A DNA stretch of 64,000 bases from an uncultured Clostridia bacterium (GTDB lineage: Bacteria > Bacillota > Clostridia > Christensenellales > UBA1242): contig CALVIT010000001.1 of NCBI GenBank assembly GCA_944331845.1, forward strand, positions 48 to 64,047, given 5' to 3'. Shown here in pieces: positions 16,888 through 26,047 of this stretch. Each line of letters begins with the position of its first letter. Positions within the stretch are counted from its first letter, which is position 1. The translations under genes and the position numbers were made by a program. Under the pieces are notes generated by a model. That model searched no databases. It saw nothing but the letters and a program-made list of their open reading frames with translations, and was not told the origin of the DNA.

Positions 16888-18592
16888 TAATATTGATATT
16901 GACCAAAGTGCTTTGAAAGATAATTATGTCAAAGTCAAAGCGCTTGTTATGATGCAATTAAAAAATAAATTGAATCTAAATTTTTTGAAAAGCAAAAAAC
17001 AAGCATTTTTGCGAATTTCATTGATGGTATTAGGATTCATTTTATTGACCGCTGTTATATATTTATTATTCTATTTAGCATCAGTTTTTAGACTATTTTC
17101 ATTCGGGACACTGGTTCCTGTGAGTGTGCTTGTCGTAGTATTCTCATTAATGCTCGTATTATCTATAATCACTTGTACCTTTGGAATGATGAAAGCGTTG
17201 TATTTCTCAAAAGACAATCAAGTGTTGTTGACTTTCCCTGTATCTAGAACAAAAATATTTGTATCAAAATTCATTGTTTTCTACATAAATGAACTCATAA
17301 AAAGTGTTACATTTATATTGCCACTATTCATAGCGTTCGGGTTAGTCAATCATTTACCTATTTACTTCTATGTATGGCTGTTATTCTGCCTATTTATAAT
17401 AGCATTGATACCTGTCGCATTGGGGGCATTGTTGAGTATTCCACTTATGGCGATAACTATTGTTTTAAAGAAGAATAGAATCGTCGAGATAATATTCACT
17501 GTTATTGCTATCGCATTGATAACCTTTGTTGTAGTAGAGATTATTAAAGCAATACCTGCTGACATTAATATAGTAGGTAGTTGGGGTACATTATTCTGGG
17601 ATATACAGAGTTTCTTACAATCATTTAGTCAAATTTTTTATCCATTTACTGTGCTAACTGAGATGGTTGTAGGTACGGTTATAAATATGACCCCGCATGT
17701 TTTTACAATCAATACTCTCATATATCTTGTGTCTTACTTGGGCACTTTGGCGGTCATACTGACACTTGCATTATTCATATCAAGACCACTATTTTTTAAG
17801 ATGGCATCAAAACCCTTCGAATACCAGAAGAAAGATATCAAAAAACAAATCAAAAATCACAAATATTCTACAATTTTATCAGGTATACATAAGGAAATAT
17901 TAGATTTGTTTAGAAATTCTAACAAAGCATACAATCTATTATTTGTATTTTTGATTATACCTATAGCAATATTGTTATTAAATAAAGTATATTCTGCTAT
18001 GTCAATAAGGTTAATCGGGTCTTATATGACAATAGCATTCAATATATTGATAATGCTCTTGCTAGCATTATCAAGCAGTACAAACTTGAGTAAAGCATAC
18101 AGCGAAGAAGGGAATTCACATTACATATACAAAGTATCACCAAAACAATATTATCAACTTCTTATACCTAAGATTATTGTCAACGGCGTTGTTGTGATTA
18201 TATCACTTATAATAGCGGTATCAATATTGTGTGCTTTCATTAACATAAGTGTAGGTAATGCGATACTCCTAACATTATTTATATTATTTGCTTATATTGG
18301 GCATTTATTTTGGAGCGCAGAATTCGATATAATGAATCCGCAATTCGAACAATACCAAACAACGGGCAATAATTTTAACAACAAGAATGAAAATAAATCT
18401 GTAATTTCAGCATTCGCTATCTCATTTATAGTCGCTGGAGTAGCATACTTTTTTATGGTAGAGAATGTCAATTCTATGTATTATAAGGTACTTATATTCG
18501 CTACAATATTCGTTATATATAGGTTAGTGTTGTTTTTCAAAAAGGTTAACCTATACTACATTAACCCATACAATAAGGAGGTACACAAATGA
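16862..18592 (+). CDS. Polytopic membrane protein, putative ABC-2-type permease partner
   Basis: Overlaps the ATPase gene by 26 nt. At least 10 predicted TM helices; no soluble-domain motifs. Confidence 0.55.
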   Translation: MTKTKKVNDNIDIDQSALKDNYVKVKALVMMQLKNKLNLNFLKSKKQAFLRISLMVLGFILLTAVIYLLFYLASVFRLFSFGTLVPVSVLVVVFSLMLVLSIITCTFGMMKALYFSKDNQVLLTFPVSRTKIFVSKFIVFYINELIKSVTFILPLFIAFGLVNHLPIYFYVWLLFCLFIIALIPVALGALLSIPLMAITIVLKKNRIVEIIFTVIAIALITFVVVEIIKAIPADINIVGSWGTLFWDIQSFLQSFSQIFYPFTVLTEMVVGTVINMTPHVFTINTLIYLVSYLGTLAVILTLALFISRPLFFKMASKPFEYQKKDIKKQIKNHKYSTILSGIHKEILDLFRNSNKAYNLLFVFLIIPIAILLLNKVYSAMSIRLIGSYMTIAFNILIMLLLALSSSTNLSKAYSEEGNSHYIYKVSPKQYYQLLIPKIIVNGVVVIISLIIAVSILCAFINISVGNAILLTLFILFAYIGHLFWSAEFDIMNPQFEQYQTTGNNFNNKNENKSVISAFAISFIVAGVAYFFMVENVNSMYYKVLIFATIFVIYRLVLFFKKVNLYYINPYNKEVHK

Positions 18593-18987
18593 AAAAATCT
18601 GTTATAGTTGCAATCTTTGCAATCTTTGTGGCATCCATAATCGCTGTTGGGTTCTTTGGAATGAAACAAGTAGTATATAATGAGACTGTGTATGTTAGTA
18701 GTATAACTTGTATTAATGATAATGCTACAGATTTTGGGAACTATAAATTAATTCAAATACAATTCATTGATGGACAAGTTAATGGTGTACAATTAAATTA
18801 TAGAGTAGAACCTAGTAATGCTACAAATAATAAAGTGAGATTTGTCTATGACCCTAATCAAACTGTAGCAGAAGTTACGGAATTAGGGGCAGTCATCTTC
18901 CAAAGACCGGGAGTCATAACGATTGATATTCAATCGACCGATGGAACTATCGCTTCTGAGAAAGTGAAAATTGTAGCGATTAGATAA
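18589..18987 (+). CDS. Small N-terminally anchored protein with a possible Ig-like (Big_2-like) fold
   Basis: ATGA overlap with the upstream gene. N-terminal TM segment. C-terminal pattern VAEVTELGAVIFQRPGVITIDIQSTDGTIASEKVKIVAI resembles bacterial Ig-like domains. Confidence 0.45.
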   Translation: MKKSVIVAIFAIFVASIIAVGFFGMKQVVYNETVYVSSITCINDNATDFGNYKLIQIQFIDGQVNGVQLNYRVEPSNATNNKVRFVYDPNQTVAEVTELGAVIFQRPGVITIDIQSTDGTIASEKVKIVAIR

Positions 18988-19239
18988 TTTTAGATAATAT
19001 AAGGAAATGATTTAGACAATTTTATAAAGTAGATTAATGTTTAGGTTAAAATAATTAATATTGATAATCTATATGCTATAATTAATCTAATTTATATCAT
19101 CTACGCAGTTTTATTTATCTTAATAACCAAAATGTGCAAATCATTTTAATTGATTTGACAATAATTGGTAGTTTTGTTATAATGAGTAGGTTATTAATAA
19201 TATTTAATATTTTACAAACAATACTTAAGGAGAAGTTTA

Positions 19240-21404
19240 TGTTAAAATTTACAAAAATTTTGTTAAGTGCTATGATTATGTGCATACCTTTTGTATTAAT
19301 TGCATGCGGTGGCAAAGATGCAAAATTTGAAAGTATGGCAGTTAAAGCAGGCACAATACAACAAACCTATGTTGAAGGTTCAACTATTAATTATAACAAC
19401 CTTGTTGTCGTGGTTACATATAGCGACAAGTCAACTAAAGAGATTAAAAGCAGTGATTTAGACTACACAACTATCGACACATCCATTGTCGGCGTTCAAA
19501 CAATGACAATAACTTATAACGATGGTAAGGTTGACCACTCAATAGATTATGATATTGAGATTGTCGCAAGAGATGCGATTAGTTATGTACTAGAGATTGA
19601 GAATCCTTCATATTTGAGTAATTATAATTCTAACCAAACAACAGGTGGGTACTTATCTCCACAAAAACAAGAAGCATATTATGTTGGAAGCGCTAATAAC
19701 TTTGTGTATAGACCAGAAGTTACAGCAGTAACTATGGCAAATAGTGCTATTATTCTTAATGAATATGTTAGTGATAGTTTCGTTGAACTCAAGAATGGCG
19801 ATAGTTATCAAAGATTGAGCGATGTCAATGATTATGTTGTAGTTAACAACAATACACAAGAATTTGATTTCACACAAGATGCTGTAGGTAAAATTTTTAG
19901 AATTAATGTAACTATTGATGGTTATGTACCTATGGAAGGAAATCAATATTCAACAATGGAAATAAAAGTTGTTGATGGGTGGAATGTATATTCCGCTAAA
20001 GATTTGTACGCTTTTGATGACAGAGAGATGTCTCAAGGAATTCGTGAACAATACAATATTGATAACACTGTTTCAGGGTTAGTATTACAATCAAATATTC
20101 AAATAAATAAGGAAGATATTTTAGACGATTTCTTATTTAGTGATGAAGAGTGGGCGACAATCGCTAAAGCAAAAAATGAAGCACAATATAACATATTAGT
20201 TGAGAACAATATTGATGGTACACTCAAAGATAAAGTCGCATTATTTGAAAGAACACTTGATAAGAATGAAACTTTCACAATATATGGTAATTATTACACA
20301 ATAAGTTCTGAGAAAATACCTTATGCAACTATCGATACTAAAGGTAATTTTATACCAGGTGGAATCAATGGGCATTCAGAATTATTCTACGCAGTAGGTA
20401 CTAACGATGTAACTCAAGAAGAAAACTACAAGAATAATACAAGTTTTGTTGTTAATAACATTAGTTTCTTAGGAAATGCTAACAAGTCAAATGCTGGAGA
20501 AGGTACTGAAGAATTATTAACTACAGTTAAAGCCGGCGGTATTAGACTGGTTAAAGTTGGTAATACAAATACTGAATTCAACAATACTATTGTTAGGTCT
20601 CATTATATTAGTTTTTTAGCTAATCACGATGGCGATACTTATGAGATATCTCAAGCAAATGCTAAGACAACATTGAATTATGTTATATTTGACGATTCTT
20701 ATAATTCAAATATCTATAGTTGGGGTGGTGGACTTATGTACATTAACAATAGTTCTATCACTAATGCTGGAGGTCCTGCCATCATTGCAGACCATGTATA
20801 CAACAAGAACAAAGAGACAGTGGACGATGGCATAATTTGTGAAATCATCGTCAATAACTCAACTATTGAATCATTTGTCAATGGTACTGAATCTTGGTTT
20901 AAGCAAATGAACGCTACTGAATATGTAAGTTTATTCCAAGCAGTAAGTAGTGGTGTTATCCAACCACAATCAAATAATACTAAGACTTTAGCAGTAACTA
21001 AAGATGGTTATCCTTACATTAATATACAATGCCTATTCAAACATTCTTCCGCTGAGAGTGCTACTTCACTTCCTATTAGAGGTAAATTGACAATCGATGG
21101 AGTTAAAGTGATTGACTTCGAAGAAGAAGATATGGTATTTAAGGCAATGTCAGCGCAAGCATCAGCGAATGGTGCACCATTATTCACAGTTGATGCACAA
21201 AATACTTTGACAAGTGCTATAGGCAATATTGATTTAAGTTCAAATCCAATAACTGGTAGTTTAATAAGTGCACAAGGTGCATTGACCGCTGATAGTCCAT
21301 TCTTTGACACTAATGCTAGTGAAATCGGTTTGTATTTCCCTATTGAGAAAAATCAAGGATTTATGGGCATTGCATTAGGTTACTTTAATGTAGCACAAAA
21401 TTAA
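19240..21404 (+). CDS. Large lipoprotein with an N-terminal Big_3-like Ig domain and a beta-helix-like region
   Basis: AAGGAG RBS 7 nt before the ATG at 19240 (the track ORF starts upstream at 19134). Signal MLKFTKILLSAMIMCIPFVLIAC with lipobox LIAC. The pattern YVEGSTINYNNLVVVVTYSDKSTKEI...VGVQTMTITYNDG is Big_3-like. Confidence 0.7.
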
Positions 21405-21421
21405 ATAATTTTATAAATTAA

Positions 21422-21457
21422 AGGCATATTAGTTATCAAATTAATATGTCTTTTTTA
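21422..21457 (+). terminator. Rho-independent terminator
   Basis: AGGCATATTA...TAATATGTCT stem (one G-U pair) followed by T6. Confidence 0.65.
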
Positions 21458-21746
21458 TTTGATAATCAAGACTTATTGATGATAAAAATTTAGTCCTAAT
21501 ATTTATAAAGAATGTCAAAATTTATTTATTTATATATTTTGACAAAACACTACTTGAAGTTGTGTAAAAGTTAAACTTAATTATACTCTAATAGGTGAAA
21601 TCATAACACGAAGTTTATAATAATTTAAGTGTGTCGCAAATATATTTTTGATACTAATTTCCCAAAAATCTATTAAATACAAAGAATTTTAAGTGTGTTG
21701 TTATAAGAAAAAATTCTATTAATTTAACAAATCGCATTAAAATTAT

Positions 21747-21776
21747 TTGACTAAAAAATAAATATTGTGATATACT
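21747..21776 (+). promoter_or_regulatory. Sigma-A promoter of GLUG paralog 2 (TTGACT, 18 nt, TGaTATACT extended -10)
   Basis: TTGACT at 21747-21752 and TATACT at 21771-21776 preceded by TGa. The same architecture and a 20-nt identical core occur at 57595-57633. Confidence 0.65.
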
Positions 21777-21829
21777 AAAATTAACGAACAAAAGAAAGGA
21801 GAGAGAAATTATGTTACAAGAGAACAAAA

Positions 21830-24640
21830 ATGCTAGGGGGGGGGGGGCGTACTAAGACCCAAGAAATAGGGCAAACTAGCGACAAAATAATACATAATGA
21901 ATTAACCAATAAAAAGGTAAATAGCATTAATGATAACAAAGCAATCAATATTAATGATTACAACAATATAGAGAATAATAACTCTAATAATATTGATAAA
22001 ATCTATAAAATCAATAAGGTAAATTATAAAAATTGTAATTCTAATATAGATACTTATAATAAATTAGTTACAAAAAAGAATAATACATTTATAAAAACTG
22101 CGCTACTTATCGTATCGTGGCTTTTTGTGGTTGTATTAAGTATCTTTGTTTTATGCAGTGCTAATGCAAATTCAAATATGAATAAATTAAATACTCCTAA
22201 CAATGCTATAGCGGTAGGTAGTACAACAGATGATGGAACAACTGCTTCAAGTTTTGCAGGCGGTACAGGAGACCCTGACGACCCATATCAAATAGCAACG
22301 CCTATGCAGTTAAGATTATTATCAATAGATAGTAGTTATTGGGCAGATAGTTTTATACAAACAGCGAATATAACTTATACTACTGATAGTTGGAATCCTA
22401 TAGGAAATGCAACAACCAAATTTACTGGTAATTTTAATGGTGGTGGATATGTCATTAAATTTGATAAACAAATTTCATTTAGTAATTTTACTGGGAAGTT
22501 ATATTCAGGTTTATTTGGATACGTGCAACAAGGAGAACTTCTTAATATTAGCGTCAAATGGGAATCAGGCATTAATGCATCTGTAGATTTGAGTGGTATT
22601 GATGACATTGAACCCGAAGATATGCAGAAAGCAGGGAATTATAATGCTTATGTAGGAGGTATTGTTGGATATGCAATCAATGAAAATATATATAATTGTC
22701 AACTTAGTGTAGGAGAGATTATTGTTCAAGGAAATGTAAATAATATCTATGGCGGTAGCGGATGGGTTTACGCTGGTGGGATTGTAGGTTATGCTGTTTC
22801 AAATTCAATAATTAAGGGGTGTAAGAATGCAGGTATGGTATCTGCCTCTGCTAATGTGAATCCCCCATCTTGGGATCCATATGGCGCTGAAAATGCATTT
22901 GCTTATTCTGGCGGGATAGTTGGCTATGGAGAATGTAATATGTACAATTGTTTAAATCTAGGTGAAACTGATGCTGATTCTCGTAGTACTACTTATGGGG
23001 AAAATTTGTATTCATATTCCGGTGGAATAGCAGGGGTGTTAAATGGTGGAGCAATTTATAATAGTTATAATGCTGGAAATTGTAGCGTGAGTGGAAGTTA
23101 TTATTTCTACCTTGGTGGTATAGCTTCTGTAGCAGAATCTGTTTCCATTGTTAATTGTTTTAATGTAGGTGGTTTTGAGCCTAGTGGCATTGCACTTATG
23201 GCAGGAATATCGGGGAATGCTTCAGGAATAATTCAAAATTGTTTTAATACAGGTGATGTATCTAATTATTATGGAGATTATGGTAATTCTTCGGGGATAT
23301 ACAGAGGAACGGCAACAGCTGAAAATTGTCAATTTAGTAGTCCTAATGAAGAAGACAATATAGATGGAACAACTTATAATGCTGATTTAACCTCTAATCT
23401 TTTTCAACAAGAAAACACTTTTACAAACAGCGAAAATAATATGTGGCATAGTTCTTCTTATTGGGATTTTACAAATGAGTGGAATATTGATACTCGTGAA
23501 GGCATTAGCGAGAGCGAAAGAGTTAATAGTGGATATCCATATCTTCGTGCTATGGAAGAATATGCTATCACCTACACAGCAGGCGAAGGTACTGGGGATG
23601 AGAAACTGATATATTACGGACTTAAATCTTCTTCGCCACAAGCAACATTACCTAATGGCACAGCAAGCGAAATAGAGTTTGTAGCACCCGATGGAATGGC
23701 ATTTGATTGTTGGGTTGATGAAAGTGCTCAAACATATCAAAGTGGGCAACAAGTTACTTTGACAGAGAATTTAGTACTAACTGCTCAATGGAAAGTACCT
23801 TATATCGACTTTAATATTGCATTAGATTTTAATGGCGGAAAAGGTGGTACTGTTACACAACTTGAAGTTAAACAATCAGTACCACAAAAAACACAATTTG
23901 CGACTAATGAACTACCTACAAGAAGCGGGTATACATTTAATGGGTACTATACTTCTCAAACTAATGGTACAATGTATGTAAATAGTGCTGGGCAAGTCGT
24001 AAAAACTAATACAAGTGATTACCTAACACAAATACCAACATTATATGCTCAATGGGTAGCAAATACTTATACTATTGTATTTAATTCAAATGGTGGACAG
24101 GGTCAAACAATGCAGTCAATGTCAATGACTTATGACACACCAAAGAATTTGACAAAGAACGCATATAGTAGAGATGACTACACATTCATAGGTTGGGCGA
24201 CAACTAAAGAAAGGGCAGACAGTGGGCAAGTAGACTATGTGGATGAAGCACAAGTTAATATTGTAACTACTAACAATGATACAATCACACTCTATGCGGT
24301 ATGGAAGTCAAACTATGTAGGAGTTACATTCAATATCACAACGAATGTAGGGGTTATATTCAATGTCTATGATAGTGATAATAACTTTGTACAACAAATA
24401 TATATAGGTAAGAGCAAAAATAATGCAGAGCAGACTATAAGTACACAATTATTAAAAGGTAAGACTTACACAATTAGAATGAGTGCGTTCTCTTCTGCTA
24501 ATATAACATTAGATAGTATTAATTCAATGTCTGGGGTATCAATGAGTGGTAGGACATTGACTATCATAGTTAATGAGAGCAGTAACACAATTACAATGAA
24601 TGTCAGCGGTTACACTTTCGGTAATGGTATCATTGTGTAA
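21830..24640 (+). CDS. Giant GLUG-repeat surface protein with Listeria-Bacteroides (Flg_new) repeats. The likely true start is ATG 21811, out of frame at the G12 tract.
   Basis: N/K-rich N-terminus, then the TM/signal anchor ALLIVSWLFVVVLSIFVLCSANA, GLUG-type units (AGGIVGYA...NC.N.G), and GYTFNGYY / YTFIGWAT Flg_new repeats. The RBS AAAGGAGAGAG serves ATG 21811, which reads MLQENKNARGGGAY-stop with 12 G. Confidence 0.85.
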   Translation: MLGGGGRTKTQEIGQTSDKIIHNELTNKKVNSINDNKAININDYNNIENNNSNNIDKIYKINKVNYKNCNSNIDTYNKLVTKKNNTFIKTALLIVSWLFVVVLSIFVLCSANANSNMNKLNTPNNAIAVGSTTDDGTTASSFAGGTGDPDDPYQIATPMQLRLLSIDSSYWADSFIQTANITYTTDSWNPIGNATTKFTGNFNGGGYVIKFDKQISFSNFTGKLYSGLFGYVQQGELLNISVKWESGINASVDLSGIDDIEPEDMQKAGNYNAYVGGIVGYAINENIYNCQLSVGEIIVQGNVNNIYGGSGWVYAGGIVGYAVSNSIIKGCKNAGMVSASANVNPPSWDPYGAENAFAYSGGIVGYGECNMYNCLNLGETDADSRSTTYGENLYSYSGGIAGVLNGGAIYNSYNAGNCSVSGSYYFYLGGIASVAESVSIVNCFNVGGFEPSGIALMAGISGNASGIIQNCFNTGDVSNYYGDYGNSSGIYRGTATAENCQFSSPNEEDNIDGTTYNADLTSNLFQQENTFTNSENNMWHSSSYWDFTNEWNIDTREGISESERVNSGYPYLRAMEEYAITYTAGEGTGDEKLIYYGLKSSSPQATLPNGTASEIEFVAPDGMAFDCWVDESAQTYQSGQQVTLTENLVLTAQWKVPYIDFNIALDFNGGKGGTVTQLEVKQSVPQKTQFATNELPTRSGYTFNGYYTSQTNGTMYVNSAGQVVKTNTSDYLTQIPTLYAQWVANTYTIVFNSNGGQGQTMQSMSMTYDTPKNLTKNAYSRDDYTFIGWATTKERADSGQVDYVDEAQVNIVTTNNDTITLYAVWKSNYVGVTFNITTNVGVIFNVYDSDNNFVQQIYIGKSKNNAEQTISTQLLKGKTYTIRMSAFSSANITLDSINSMSGVSMSGRTLTIIVNESSNTITMNVSGYTFGNGIIV
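21836..21847 (+). repeat. Poly-G tract (12 G) in the 5' coding region
   Basis: Counted directly: G at 21836-21847. It lies between the RBS-linked ATG (21811) and the long ORF. Confidence 0.95.
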
Positions 24641-25159
24641 GTTGTAAAAAAATTATAAAATAATTATTTAAATATTTGGGGTTATAATAGGTGGATAATA
24701 CAAGGTTGTTATATACAAGAATTTATGGTATTATTAAAAGTATTTAAGCAATATGTTTTTAAGTTGTAAATATAAAAGAATTAGTGATAATACAATTTAA
24801 CAATAATATATTCAAATTATATATGCTACTTTTATTAAATAAAAATATTAGTTTTCCTTATAAAATACTGTATGAAATATTACAGTATTTTTTATAAATT
24901 ATATTATTTAAAATAATTTCAATATAATGGTTTTAAGGTAAAAAATTAAAATATATTAAATTTTTTTTAAAATTGACATATAAGTATACAAAAATATTTA
25001 TTTATGATATAATTATTTATAAATAAAGAAATATTATTTTAAGTTTTATTTGATTTTAGAATAATTTAATTTTTAAATTAATTAATGGTACCTAATCATC
25101 TTAGTTTGTTAATGAGTAATAATTATTGTATATGTTAGCAATATTTGGAGATTTATTAT

Positions 25160-25639
25160 ATGGAAATAAAAAAATTCAGTGAATTAACTATTGAACAAGT
25201 GAAATATATCGCTGATTCGAATTACAATTATTGGAAACAGATTAACCCTGACCTTAATTATGAAGAATCAACTTCAAATATTATTAGTATGAAAGAAAAC
25301 TATAATACTTTACCGCTAGGGCTAGCGTTAGTTGATAATGATAAATTAATTGGTTTTTGTACTTTAAGAACAAATCGTCTTAAACATCATCTTAACTTTA
25401 ACCCTTGGTTATGTAATTTATTAATTTTTGAAGATTATAGGGGCAAGGGTTATGGTAAAACTATGATAAACTATGCTTGCAAAAAAATTAAGGAATTAGG
25501 TTATGATAAGATTTATGCTTGGACTGACCAAGCGCCTGAGTTTTATAAGAAACTCGGTTGGCAATTTGTACAAAATGTTATTAAGAACGAAGGTTGGGAA
25601 GCATTACTTTTTGTGAAAGATTTAACTAATTTAGATTAA
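25160..25639 (+). CDS. GNAT family N-acetyltransferase
   Basis: Motif A YRGKGYGKTMINYACKKIKELGY. The TGGAG RBS favours ATG 25160 over the track start 25145. Confidence 0.75.
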   Translation: MEIKKFSELTIEQVKYIADSNYNYWKQINPDLNYEESTSNIISMKENYNTLPLGLALVDNDKLIGFCTLRTNRLKHHLNFNPWLCNLLIFEDYRGKGYGKTMINYACKKIKELGYDKIYAWTDQAPEFYKKLGWQFVQNVIKNEGWEALLFVKDLTNLD

Positions 25640-25820
25640 TCGAAAATGTATTTTGAGTTATTTTAAGTTTTAAATGTTATTATAAAAACTAAATAATATG
25701 TATTCATTCTTATTCAATTTATTAATACTGCAAGATTTATTAATATTTATAATCATTTTATTTATGCTATAGTTGTATACGATTTTATAATATATCACTA
25801 ATGTTAATAATATATAAAAT

Positions 25821-25860
25821 AAAAAATTGTTAATGATATCTTCTTCATTAACAATTTTTT
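25821..25860. terminator. Bidirectional rho-independent terminator
   Basis: Perfect 14-bp stem AAAATTGTTAATGA / TCATTAACAATTTT flanked by A- and T-runs, between convergent genes. Confidence 0.8.
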
Positions 25861-26047
25861 TAAACCAAAAATACAAATTTACAAAAATACAAATAAGTAT
25901 ATAAGAGTGAAGTCAAATTCTTTTTAGGTTAAAATACACATTATATAAATTGTAGATATTTAATCTCTATATTTTTATATTAATTTTATATTATTTCATT
26001 TATTCAAAAAAAATTATTATTTTGTTAAATGTTATAAAGTTATTAGA

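Noticed and set aside
21830-21832. ATG 21830 as the genuine start of the 936-aa GLUG protein
   Set aside because: No Shine-Dalgarno lies within usable distance (the RBS is 24 nt or more upstream and serves ATG 21811). The paralog at 57.7 kb has no ATG at the equivalent position, yet its upstream codons are conserved.
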